64,000 nt of DNA from an uncultured Actinomycetes bacterium (GCA_963777495.1 CAVZQM010000004.1:426715-490714); one strand, 5' to 3'. Positions 48,032-60,520 are shown, numbered from the stretch's first letter. Translations and numbers: made by a program. Notes: generated by a model not told the origin, from the sequence alone.

Positions 48032-48060
48032 TTGACTTATTCCTATCTAATACATAGGGT
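48032..48060 (+). promoter_or_regulatory. Putative sigma-70-type promoter (TTGACT-17 nt-TAGGGT) with an overlapping 17-bp AT-rich palindrome
   Basis: TTGACT at 48032-48037 and TAGGGT at 48055-48060. The palindrome CCTATcTAaTAcATAGG lies at 48042-48058. AAGGAGG precedes the ATG at 48102. Confidence 0.4.
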
Positions 48061-48101
48061 TTGGCCACACGTGCGTTGCCGACCCCATAAGGAGGAGTCA
48101 C

Positions 48102-49134
48102 ATGTCTCGCCGCGCCCGCCTGATCCCCGTCGCCCTCGCCTCGCTCCTGCTCCTCTCGGCCTGCGGCAGCTCGTCGCCCTCCGAGAGCAGCGGTGACGGC
48201 GGTGGCGCCACCGGCGGCGAGGTCGCCCCCGAGTCCTGGTCGTTCACCGACGGATCCGGCAAGACCGTCGAGCTGGACGAGGTCCCGACCCGGATCATCG
48301 CCCACGCCTACGCGGCGGCCGCCCTGATGGAGTTCGGCATCAAGCCCATCGGCGTCTACGCCGACATGCCGATCGCCGACGACGTCGGCCTGCAGAGCGT
48401 CGACTTCACCGGCATCGAGGTGCTCGGCGAGGAGTGGGGCAAGATCGACGTCGGAGGCGGCCGCCGAACTGGCGCCCGACCTGATCGTCGCCGACTACTG
48501 GCCGGTCGAGGACGGCTACAGCGGCATGGAGGACGGCGTCGAGGAGAAGAGCAAGAAGCTCGCCGAGCTCGCGCCGGTGGTCGGTGCCGCGCAGGGCGAC
48601 TCGATCGTCGACCTGATCGACGGCTACGAGGCGCTCGCCGCCTCGCTCGGCGCCGACGTCGAGAGCGGCGACGCCGCGGCGGCCACGCGCCGACTTCGAG
48701 GCGGCGCGCGACGCGTTCACCGCGGCGGCGGAGGCCAAGCCGGAGCTGACCGCGCTCGCGATCAGCCCGTACGACCACGAGCTACGCGGTCGCCGTGCCG
48801 AAGTACGCGCCGGAGCTGCTCGACTTCCAGCGGTGGGGCCTCAACGTGATCGACCCGGCGAAGCCCGACCCCGAGTTCCCGTACTGGCAGTCGCTGAGCT
48901 TCGAGAAGGCCGACACGTACCAGCCCGACCTGCTGCTGTTCGACGACCGGAACTACCCCGGCAACTACGAGACCCTGGACAACGCAGCCGATCGCCGACA
49001 GCATCCGGGCGTTCGCGGCCGGCGCGTACACGACGTGGCCGGCGTACTGGCTGCACACGTACTCCGACTACGCCGAGCAGCTCCGCGCGCTGACCCAGGC
49101 GATCGACGCCGCCGACCCGCAGATCGGCGACTGA
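48102..49134 (+). pseudogene. Siderophore/iron-type ABC transporter substrate-binding lipoprotein, at least 4 frameshifts
   Basis: Lipobox LLLLSACG and pieces ...PTRIIAHAYAAAALMEFGIKPIGVY..., ...ELAPDLIVADYW..., ...YAPELLDFQRWGLNVID... and ...TWPAYWLHTYSDYAEQLRALTQAI.... The frame order is 0,1,2,0,1. Confidence 0.8.
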
Positions 49135-49149
49135 ACGCAAGCGACGGCC

Positions 49150-50189
49150 GACCTGGCGGTCCGCGACCTCGTCGCGGACCCGACACGCACGGCTCGCGGC
49201 CGTGCTCGTCGCGCTCGTCGGTGTGCTGTTCGTCGTGTGCTTCTTCAGCATCACGATGGGGTCGCGGACGATCACGCTCGCGACGATCTGGAAGTCGTTC
49301 ACCGACTTCGACCCGAGCGTCGGCGTCCGAGACCGTGATCCGCGAGATGCGCGTGCCGCGAACGCTGCTCGGCATCACCGCGGGCGCCGCGTTCGGGCTG
49401 AGCGGCGCGATCCTGCAGGGCATCACCCGCAACCCGCTGGCGGACCCCGGGCATCATGGGCATCAACGCGGGCGCGGCCGCCTTCGCGATCGTCCTGGGC
49501 GCGGTCCTGCTTGCGGCGTCGACCAGCTCGGCCTCTAGATCTGGATCGCGTTCGTCGGCGCCGGCCTCGCGACGGTCGCGGTCTACGGGGTCGCCTCGCT
49601 CGGCCGCGAGGGCGCGACGCCGGTGAAGCTGGCGCTCGCCGGCGCGGCGCTCACGGCGGCATTGACCACGGTGACGACGGCGCTCGTCTCTGACCGATAT
49701 CGACGCGTTCAACGAGCTGCGCTTCTGGCAGGTCGGCTCGCTCGCGGGCCGCTACATGGAGGTCTTCTGGCAGACGGCGCCCTTCATCGTGCTCGGCATC
49801 GTGGCGGCGCTCTGCACCGGGCGGGCACTCAACGGACTGGCGCTCGGCGAGGACGTCGCGCTCGCGTTGGGACAGCGCGTCCGCCCGGCGCGCGTGGTGA
49901 TGTTCGTGACGGTCGCCGTTCTCTGCGGCGCGGCGACGGCGGCGTGCGGCCCGATCGCGTTCGTCGGGCTGGTCGTCCCGCACCTCGCGCGGCTGATGCT
50001 GCGGCCCCGACTACCGCTGGATCCTGCCGTACTCGATGGTGCTCACGCCGATCGTGCTGTTGCTCGCGGACATCGTCGGGCGCGTCGTGCGTCGCACCCG
50101 GCGAGCTCCAGGTCGGCGTCGTGCTCGGCGTGCTCGGCGCGCCGGTCTTCATCGTCCTCGTCCGCTACCGCACGATGACGGAGCTCTGA
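49150..50189 (+). pseudogene. FecCD-family ABC permease 1, multiply frameshifted (start approximate)
   Basis: Pieces ...VIREMRVPRTLLGITAGAAFGLSGAILQGITRNPLADPG.., ..ELRFWQVGSLAG.., ..GEDVALALGQRV.. and ..GVVLGVLGAPVFIVLV.. lie in several frames. Confidence 0.7.
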
Positions 50190-50191
50190 CC

Positions 50192-51246
50192 GTGCGGTCC
50201 TCGGATCGGGTCACGCCGATGGAAGCCGTGACGCGAGCATCGGTCGGCCCGGCGCCGGCGCTCGGTGGTCGTCACGGCGACGCTCGGCGCCGTCGTCGCC
50301 GCGCTCTTCGTGCTCACGCTGATGATCGGGAGCTACGTGATCGGCCCGTGGGACGTGCTGCGTCTCGTCGCTCCATCTCCGGGACGAACCGTCGATCGAC
50401 TTCGTCGTGCGCGAGCTCCGGCTGCCGACCGCGTTGACGGCGCTCGGGGTCGGGCTGGCGCTCGGGGTCTCCGGGCTGTTGTTCCAGAAGCTGTTCGCCA
50501 ACCCGCTCGCCTCGCCCGACTTCGTCGGCGTCTCGTCGGGCGCGAGCCTGTTCGCGGTCGCGGCGATCCTGTTGCTCGACGTCGAGAGCATCGGCGTCTC
50601 GATGGCCGCGCTCGTCGGGGCGATCGTCAGCTCGGTGCTCGTCTACGTGCTCGCCTGGCGCGACGGCATCTCCGGCTACCGCTTCATCCTGATCGGTATC
50701 GGCGTGTCGGAGCTGATGCTCTCGATCGTCGGCTACCTGCTCGCCAAGGCCGACATCTACGACGCACGCGAGGCGATGACGTGGCTCGTCGGCTCGGTGG
50801 GTCAGGCCGGCGCGGGCGAGCTGACCGCGTTGATCGTCGCCGTCGCCGTCCTGCTGCCCGGTGGCGCTCTTGTTGGACCGCCCGCTGCGGACCCTCGAGC
50901 TGGGCGACGACGCGGCCGAGGCGTTGGGCGCGCGCGTCGAGGCATCGCGGCTGGCGCTGATCGCCGTGTCCGTCGTCCTCATCGCGTTCGCGACCGCCGC
51001 GGCCGGACCGCTGATGTTCGTCGCGCTGATCGCCGGGCCCGTCGCTCGCCGCCTGCTCGGTCCCGCGTCGGGCGGCATCCTCGCGGCCGCGCTCGTCGGG
51101 CGCGATCGATCGTGCTCACGTCCGAGCTGGTCGCCGTGCACGTGCTGCCGATCGCGCTGCCGACCGGCGTCGTCACCGGCGCGATCGGCGCGCCGTACCT
51201 GATCTGGCTGCTGGCGACGACGAACCGCGAAGGGCGGGGCGGATGA
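50192..51246 (+). pseudogene. FecCD-family ABC permease 2, multiply frameshifted
   Basis: Pieces ...VRELRLPTALTALGVGLALGVSGLLFQKLFANPLASPDFVGVSSGASL..., ...LELGDDAAEALGARVEASRLALIAV... and ...LPTGVVTGAIGAPYLIWLL... lie in different frames. The stop overlaps the ATPase ATG. Confidence 0.7.
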
Positions 51247-52070
51247 CGCTCCGCGACGCCCACGAGCTGCGCGCCGAGAACCTCACCCTCGGGTACGACG
51301 TCGAGCGACGTCATCGCTCGACCTCGACGTCGACATCCCGACGCGGAAGATCACGATCGATCGTCGGCGCGAACGCCAGTGGGAAGTCCACGCTGCTGCG
51401 CGGTCTCGCGCGCCTGTTCGCCCCGCGTGGTGGCCAGGTCATCCTGGACGGCCGGGCCGTGCACGACATGAAGACCGTCGACGTCGCCAAGGTGCTCGGC
51501 CTGTTGCCGCAGGAGCCGGTGGCCCCGGACGGCATCACGGTCGGCGACCTGGTCGGCCGCGGTCGCTATCCCCACCAAGGGTGGTTCCGCCGCTGGAGCA
51601 GCAAGGACGACCAGGTTGTGGCGACCGCGCTCGCGGCGACAGGAACCGCCGACCTGGTCGATCGTCGGGTGGCCGAGCTGTCGGGTGGACAGCGCCAGCG
51701 GGTGTGGGTCGCCATGGCGCTCGCCCAGGACACCGACCTCCTGCTGCTCGACGAGCCCACGACGCACCTGGACATCAGCCACCAGGTGGACCTGCTCGAC
51801 CTCCTGACCGATCTCAATCGCACGTCCGGCACCACGATCGTCGTCGTGCTGCACGACCTGAACCTCGCCTGTCGTTACGCGGATCACCTGATCGCGATGA
51901 AGGACGGCGCGATCGTCGCGGAGGGTTCGCCGTGCGACGTGATCGACGCCGGGCTAGTCAAACAGGTCTACGGGATGGCGTGCGAGGTCGTGCCCGACCC
52001 GGTCAGCGGCACCCCGATGATCATCCCTCGCGGGCGTCATCACGCCGCCGACCAGCGCAACTCGTTATAG
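51243..52070 (+). pseudogene. ABC transporter ATP-binding protein (FepC-like); ORF uninterrupted but about 17 codons are out of frame between two compensating indels
   Basis: Walker A GANASGKST, the signature LSGGQRQRV, and Walker B LLLLDEPT. The residues between LGYDVE and SIVGAN read RRHRSTSTSTSRRGRSR in frame, but TSSLDLDVDIPTRKIT (the expected family sequence) in the +2 frame. Confidence 0.85.
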
Positions 52071-52342
52071 GCCGAACGGCAAACGGATTAAGACCTTCGT
52101 CGGGTTGTTCCGTGCGGCCGGGGGATGGAACACTGCGCATCCCAACTACGACGAATTGTGCATGTGCGGGCTCCCCCGCTCCTGCCCCAGGAGGTCAACC
52201 GGACATGAGTCTTGCTCGTTCCCCCCGGCCTGTTTACCGTGCAACGAACCGACCGAGGGGATCCCGTTCCCTCCTCATCGCCATCGCGACCCTCGCGGTC
52301 GTCGCGTCGATGCTTCCGTTGGCCCCCGCCGCCTTCGCGGCC

Positions 52343-55290
52343 GGCAACCAGGCCGTCCAGATCGACGGCGTGGACGACCCACGGCATCACGCTCGGGACG
52401 AACTGGTTCGCTCGGCGCGTCCACGTTCACGCTGGAGCTGTGGTTCAAGCGGACGGGCAACGGCACGCGCCACGGTGACGGGGTCGTCGGCGCACACCGA
52501 CTCGCTCCCGCTGATCACGAAGGGGCGTTCCGAGAGCGATGGCGGCGTGCAGGACGTGAACTACTTCCTGGGGATCGACCAATCGAGCGGCGAGCTCGAG
52601 GCCGACTTCGAGGACACGGCGTCGAGGCGCGAACCACCCGGTGAACGGCGTCACCGCGGTCAGCCTGAACGTCTGGCACCACGCGGCCGCGACGTTCAAC
52701 GGGTCGCAGTTCTGCCTCTACCTCGACGGCGTGCTCGACGGGACCTGTGTCGCGACGACCACGATCCCGCAGTCCGACTCCACCCACCGCCCCGCGATCG
52801 GCACCGCCTTCAACTCCGGCAAGCCAGCGCGAACGGGTCGTTCGCACGGTCAGGTCGACGAGGCCCGCATCTGGAACGCCGCCCGCACCCAGGCGCAGAT
52901 CCAGGCGAGCATGAACACCGAGGTGACGTCCGGCGCCGAACCTCATCGGCCGTTGGGGCATGAACGAAGGCTCGGGCACCACCACCGCCGGCTCGGTCGG
53001 CGGCATCAACGGCGCGCTGTCGACGGGCACGAGCTGGGTCGCCGGCGTGCCGGTGCTCGACCCGCCGCCGACCCCGGGCGGCAACCAGGGCGTCCAGATC
53101 GACGGCGTGGACACCCACGGGATCAGGCTCGGATCGTCCGGCTCGCTCGGGGCCAGTCAGTTCACGCTCGAGCTGTGGTTCAAGCGCACCGGCCAGGGTG
53201 TCTCGCTCTCGACTGGGTCGGGCGGCAACACGGACTCGATTCCGCTGATCACGAAGGGTCGATCGGAGAGCGACGGCGGCGTGCTCGACACGAACTACTT
53301 CCTCGGACTCGACTCCGATACCGGCGAACTCGAGGCGGACTTCGAGGACACGCTGAACGGCGGGAACCATCCGGTCAACGGTGCGACCAGGTGAGCCAGA
53401 ACGTTTGGCACCACGGAGCCGCCACGTTCAACGGATCGCAGTTCTGTCTCTATCTCGACGGCGTGCTCGACGGGACCTGCGCCGCGACGACCGCTACTCC
53501 GCAGTCCAACTCGACGCACATCCCCGCGATCGGCACCGCCACCAACTCTCTCGCGTCGGGCAACGTCTCGCTCGGCTCCTTCGCGGGCCAGGTCGACGAG
53601 GTCCGCATCTGGAACGTCGCTCGCACGCCAGGCGGAGATCCAGGCGAGCATGAACCAAGAGCTCGACGTCCGGCGCCAACCTGATCGGTCGCTGGGGCCT
53701 GAACGAGGGCACCGGGTCGACGGCGACCGGGTCCGTCGGACCGACCGGGACGCTCTCGACCGGCACGAGCTGGGTCGCCGGTGCCCGGGCGATCGGCACG
53801 CCTCCCCCCACGCCGGGGAACCAGGCACTGCAGTTCAGACGGCACCAACCAACACGTCACGTTCGGCGCCGCCCCAGGGCTCGGAGCGTCGACGTTCACG
53901 ATCGAGACCTGGTTCAACCGCAGCGGCATCGGCGACAGCACCAGTACGGGCAGTGGCGGGATCCTCAACGCCATCCCCCTCGTCACGAAGGGACGCTCGG
54001 AGAGCGCCGACGGCGACACCCGCGACATGAACTACTTCCTGGGCATCGACGCCTACACCGGCGTGCTGGTGGCGGACTATCGAAGAAGGTCACGGCCAGA
54101 CGGCCCAGGGCAGAACCACCCGGTCTCCGGCGCGACACCGGTCAGCCAGAACGCCTGGCACCACGCAGCCGCACGTTCGACGGCACGATCCTGCGCATGT
54201 ACCTGGACGGCGTGCTCGACGGGACCGTGAACGTCGGCGCCAACCGCGGACCGCGCTCCGACTCGGCACAGCACGCCGGTCTGGGCACCGCCATGAACTC
54301 GACGACCGGCGCGACCGCTGGGTTCTTCGCCGGGACGTTCGACGAGGCGCGCATCTGGAACGTCGCGCGTTCGGCCGGCGACATCCAAGGCTCGATGAAC
54401 AGCCGAGCTGACGTCCGGCGCCGGGCTGATCGGTCGCTGGGGCATGAACGAAGGCACCGGCACGACGGTCGGCGGCTCCGTCGGCGGCATCAACGGCTCG
54501 GCGGTCAACTCGGCCGAGCGTGGGTCACGGCGCCCCGGCGCTCGGCGCCCCGCCGCCGACCGGCGACGGGTCCGGCATCACCCTGCCCGGGAACCGTGGG
54601 CAGCCACGTCGACCTCGGCCCGGGCAGCGTTGCGCTCGGCGCGACGAACTACACGCTCGAGCTCTGGTTCAAGCGGACCGAACACCGGAGTCGCCACGCT
54701 GACGGGCTCAGTGTCACCGGGCCTGACCTCGGTCATCCCGCTGATCACGAAGGGCCGCTCGCAAAGCGACGGCGGCACGATGGACGTCAACTACTTCCTG
54801 GGCATCGACACGGCCACGAACCGCTTGGCCACGGACTTCGAGGAAGACGAGAACGGGAACCCGCGCGGGCACGAACCACGGGTTCGTGGGGAATACCGCC
54901 GTGCCCATGAACGTGTGGACGCACGCAGCCGTGACGTTCAACGGTTCGGTCTTCCGCCTCTACCTCAACGGCGTGCTCGACGGCACCAGCCCGGTGATCA
55001 CCGAGCTGCCCCAGGACAACTCCGCCCACCGGGTGGGACTGGGCACGGCGTTCAACGACGCGGGCAGCGCCCGGCCGGAGCGTTCGCCGGACTGATCGAC
55101 GAGGCGCGCATCTGGAACGTCGCCCGCACGGGCACCGAGATCGCCGACGCCATGAACACCGAGATCAACGCGGGCACCGGCCTGATCGGCCGCTGGGGCC
55201 TGAACGAGGGCATCGGGCACCACCACCGCCGGTTCCGTCGGCGACGTCAACGGCACGCTGGTCGGAAGCGCGACCTGGGGCGAGGGCGCC
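52343..55290 (+). repeat. Four tandem LamG_3-encoding modules (period about 735 nt)
   Basis: The block ttcacgctcgagctgtggttcaagcg and its flanks recur near 52425, 53161, 53895 (diverged) and 54653. Confidence 0.75.
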
Positions 55291-58200
55291 CCGCTCGACG
55301 TGGGCGAGGCGCCGGACGCGCCCGTCAACGTGGCTCCGACCGACAACGCGACCAACGTCACGCTCCCGCCGACGCTCGACGTCACCGTGTCCGACCCCGA
55401 CAGTGCGACCGTCGACGTCACCTTCTTCGGCCGTCCCGTGTGGCGGTGCCGGCACCGGCGAGGACTTCACGATCATGACGATCCCCGACACGCAGTTCTA
55501 TTCGGAGAACGTCCGTCAACTCGCGAACGCGATCTACACGGCCCAGATGAACTGGATCGTGAGCTCGAAGGCCTCGCTGAACACGGTGTTCGCCACGCAC
55601 CTCGGCGACATACGAGAACTACGACACGGTCGAGGCCGAGTGGCAGCGGGCCACCGTGCAACCAGGCCATCCTCGACACGAACGGGGTGCGGAACGGCGT
55701 GCAACACCGGGCAACCACGACATCGCCAACGCGGCGAACGTCAGCGTCGCGCACTTCTACGACCAGTACTTCCCGCCGTCCCGCTACGAGGGGTTCCCCT
55801 GGTACGGCGGCTACCTCGGCGACCCGACCGACGGCGTCGCCGACGGCGCCGTGAACCGCCTGAACAAGGACAACTACGCGCTGTTCTCCGCCGGCGGGAT
55901 GGACTTCCTGGTCATCCAGCCTCGAGCACGACATGCCCGTCGTACGCGACGACGTGGGCGCAGAACCTGATCGACGCGTTCCCGAACCGGCACGTCATCA
56001 TCAGCACGCACGCGTTCGTCAACGCAGACCGGCGCACCGGCCGACCTCGCCCGTCAACCGTGCCGACGGCAGTCCGCCGAGGCCGTGTGGCAGCAACCTG
56101 ATCAGGCCGAACTGCGAGGTCTTCATGATCGTGAACGGCCACTACCACGGGCGAGGGCCGGCGCGACCGACACTGAACAGCTGCGGCGAGCCGGTCTTCC
56201 AGCTCAACTCCGACTACCAGGACCTCGCCGAACGGCGGGAACGGCTACCTCCGCTACTACACGTTCAAGCCGTCCCTCGACCGGATCGACGCGTTCACGT
56301 ACTCGCCGACCGCTCAACTCGTTCGACACGTCCCAGACTGACGCCGACAGACCAGTTCACGCTTGACCTGGGAGATGGACGGCGCCGAGCCAGTTCACGC
56401 AGATCGGGACCGTGCAGGACGTCGCCTCGGGCGCGCACGCCACGATCCAGTGGAACGGCCTGAACGCGAACACCGAGTACGAGTGGTACGCGGTCGCGAG
56501 CGACGGCTCGCAGTCGACGGACGGACCCACCTCCAGCTTCACGACCGAGACCCCGCCGCCCACGCCGCCGGTCGTCGACTCCGTGACGATCAACCAGGCG
56601 ACCCCGCGCACGAACGACACCCTGTCGGTCACCGTGCAGAGCCACGACGTCAACAACGACCCGATCACGCACCAGTACCAGTGGATCCGCAACGGCAGCG
56701 ACATCGCCGGGCAGACCGGGCCGACGCTGAACCTGGCCACGGCCGGCAACGGCAACAAGGGCGACACGATCGCGGTGCGGGTGACCGCGAACGACGGCAC
56801 GGCCAACAGCGCGCCGGTGACGTCATCGGCGGTGACGATCCTGAACACCGTGCCGACGGCGACCGTCGGACTCAGCCCGACGCACGCCGCAGGCCGACCC
56901 AGACGGTCACGGCCACGGCAACGCGGGCGGACGTCGACGGCGACACCGTGACGCTCACCTACGTGTGGAAGCTCAACGGCGCCACCGTCAAGACGACGGC
57001 GGCATCCTCGAGCCTGACCGACACCCTCGATCTCTCGACCACGAGCGCCGCCAACGGCGACGTCCTGAGCGTCGAGGTCACGCCGAACGACGGCACGGCC
57101 AACGGCACGATGGTGTCCGCCACGGCCACCGTCGACATCCCGATGGTCTCGCCCATCCCCGACAACACGTTCGAGGTGGGCGGCGAACCAGGGTGAACGC
57201 GTTGCTCCGCGTCGGCAACACCATCTACATCGGCGGCGACTTCACGCAGTTGCTCGGCCCCAACGGAGAGATCGTGAAGCGGCAGTACCTCGCCGCGGTC
57301 GACGCGACCACCGGCCAGCCGTTGCCGTGGAATCCGGGCGCCGACGGGATCGTGCATTCCCTGGCCGCTTCTCCGGACGGCACCACGATCTACGCCGCCG
57401 GACAGTTCCGGCACGTCGGCGGTCTCGTCCGCACCAGGATCGCGGCGATCGACGCCACCACGGGCGCGGTGCGCGCGTGGACCCCAACGGTCGGCGCCAT
57501 CGGCCGTGCGATCGTGACGATCGGGAATCGCGTCTACGTCGGGGGCATCTTCACGACGCGTGGCGCGGCCAAGGTGGACCGACGACCACCCGCAACCGCC
57601 TGGCAGCGTTCGACGCCACGACCGGCGCCCTCACGACATGGAACCCGAACGTCAACCAGCAGCCGCGAGACATGCTGGTCACGCCGGACGGCCGCATCAT
57701 CGTCGTCGGGAGGCTTCACGACGGTCGGCGGCTCTCCGAGCAACTACATCGCGTCGCTCGACGCCACCACGGGTGCGCTGCTGCCGTGGAACGATCACCC
57801 GGTCGACCAGGTCCAGGGGATCGCCCAGGGTCCCGGGCAGATCTTCATCGGGAACGGCACCGGAGCTCCGCCGGGCAACCAGGTCGTGGCGTACGACATC
57901 AACACCGGCACCCAGCAGTGGCTCGCGCAGGGCGACGGTGACGTCCAGGACGTGACGTACCTGGACGGCGTCGTCTACGCCGGCGGCCACTTCGACACGA
58001 TGTCGGGCCAACCTGTCGGTCAGGCTCGCCGCCTTCAACGCGGCCACCGGAGCGCTCCGCGATTGGGGCGCCACCGTCGATGGGTCCATCGCCGTCGTCA
58101 CGATGATCGCGGGCGGAGGCAAGCTCTACGTCGGCGGCGGCTTCACGGAGGTGACCGGCGTCGACCGACAGCGACTACGCCGTCTTCAGCGGCGCGCCCG

Positions 58201-59356
58201 CGCCGAACACGCCTCCGGTCGTCGACTCGGTCGTGATCGACCAGACGTCGCCGGGAACGAACGAGACGCTGACGGCGACCGTGACCGCGCACGACGCGGA
58301 CGCGAACCCGCTCACGTACGCGTACCAGTGGACCCGGAACGGCACCGACATCGCCGGGGCCACCGGCCCGTCGCTGAACCTGGCGACGGCGGGTAACGGC
58401 GACAAGGGCGACCTGATCCGGCTGCGCGTGACCGCCAACGACGGCACCGCGACCTCGCCGGCCGGTGACGTCTGCCCCGGTGACGGTGGCGAACACCGTC
58501 CCGACGGCCACCGTCTCGCTGAGCACGCAGTCGCCCGGCACGAACACGACGCTGACGGCCACCGCGACCAGGGCGGACGCGGATGCCGGCGACACGGTCA
58601 CGCTCACGTACCTCTGGACCGTGAACGGCACGCCCCGTCGGACGACGACCACGACGAGCCTGACCGACACGTTCGACCTGTCGGTCGCCGGCAACGGTGA
58701 CCCCGGTGACACGATCGTCGTCACCGTGACGCCGAACGACGGCACCGCGAACGGGACGGGCGTCTCGGACACGGCGCACGGTGGCGACGGGGGCGACCCC
58801 GCCGATCTTCGCCGACGAGTTCACGAACCTGAACAACTGGATCAACGTCACCCGCGTCACGATCGACAACGCGATCGGCTCGCCGGCCGCGCCGTCGGCT
58901 CGGGCCGCGGCGTCGAACCAGACGGCGTTCGCCTACCGGGACCTCGGGACCTCGACGATGACGCCGTGCGTGAGCGCGAACGTCAACGTGGCCTCGGGCA
59001 CCGGCGATCGACCTGTTCCGGCTGCGTTCGGCCGGCAACGGGCCGGTCATCAAGGTCTTCGTCCACGCGAACGGGACGCTGCAGCTCCGCTCGGACTTCG
59101 GCGGCACCACGCGCAACTCCGGCGTCGCAGGTGGGCACCGGCTGGCACTCGCTCGAGCTCTGCGGCACGGTCGGGATCCAACACGACGTGGGACCTGATC
59201 CGCGACGGCGTGGTGATCGTGAACGACTGGGCCGCGAACACCGGCACCGCCGCGGTGACCCGGGTCCAGATCGGTGACACCGCCGCCAAGACGTTCACGG
59301 TGAACTTCGACCACGTCCGCGTGGACCTGGTCCCCGGTGAGGGCGGCGGCCGTGGC

Positions 59357-60520
59357 GACACCCAGGGTCCGACGACCCCGGGCACGCCCACCGGCACCAG
59401 CCCGTCCAACGGCACGATCCAGATCAGCTGGAGCGGCATCCACCGATGCCTCGCCGCCGATCACCTACCGGGTCTACCGCGACGGCAACCCGACCTCGAT
59501 CGGTCGACCACGTCCACGAGCTTCACCGACCCCGGCCTCACGCCGGGCACGAGCCACACCTACACGGTGGATGCCGTCGACTCGCTCAACAACCCGAGCC
59601 TGATGAGCGGGACGTCGGCGTCGATCACGGTGATCGGCCCTCGCCGACACCCAGGGTCCGACGACCCCGGGCACACCGACCGGCTCGAGCCCGTCCACCG
59701 GCATGATCCAGATCCAGTGGACGCGCATCGACCGATGCGTCGCCGCCGATCACCTACCGGATCTACCGCGACGGCAACCCGACCTCGATCGGACAGACGA
59801 CCTCGCTCACGTTCATGGATCCGGGGCTGACCCCCGGCACCAGCCACACCTACACGGTGGATGCGGTCGACTCGCTGAACAACCCGAGCCTGATGAGCGG
59901 CGTCTCGGCCTCGATCACGGTGAGCGCTCCCGCCGACACCCAGGGTCCGACGACCCCGGGGACGCCCGACCGGGAGCAGCCCGTCCAACGGCACGATCCA
60001 GATCAGCTGGACGCGCATCGACCGATGCGTCGCCGCCGATCACGTACCGGGTCTACCGCGACGGCAACCCGACCTCGATCGGTTCAGACCACGTCCACGA
60101 GCGTTCACGGACCCAGGCCTCACGCCGGGGACCAGCCACACGTACACCGTGGATGCGGTCGACTCGTTCAACAACCCGAGCTCGATGAGCGGCGTCTCGG
60201 CGTCGATCACGGTGAGCGGACCGCCGGCCGACACCCAGGGTCCGACGACCCCGGGGACACCGACCGGCGCCAGCCCGTCCGCCGGCATGATCCAGATCCA
60301 GTGGTCGGCGTCGACCGACGCGTCGCCGCCGATCACGTACCGGATCTACCGTGACGGCAACCCGACCTCGATCGGGCAGACGACCTCGCTCACGTTCATG
60401 GATCCGGGCCTCACGCCGGGGACCAGCCACACGTACCGCGTGGACGCGATCGACTCGCTGAACAACCCCAGCCTGATGAGCGGGACGTCGGCGTCGATCC
60501 TGGTGAGCGGTGGGCCGCCC
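59357..60520 (+). repeat. Four tandem FN3-encoding repeats (units start 59357, 59646, 59935, 60230; period 289-295 nt)
   Basis: Each unit starts gacacccagggtccgacgaccccgg and encodes DTQGPTTPGTPTG.SPS.G.IQI.W..STDASPPITYR.YRDGNPTSIG.TTS..F.DPGLTPGTSHTY.VDA.DS.NNPS.MSG.SASI.V. Only the fourth unit is fully in frame. Confidence 0.85.

Noticed and set aside
48021-48060. IdeR/DtxR or Fur iron box upstream of the iron-type ABC operon.
   Set aside because: The AT-rich palindrome present does not match the TTAGGTTAGGCTAACCTAA-type or Fur-box consensus as I recall them. It is reported only as an unassigned operator candidate.
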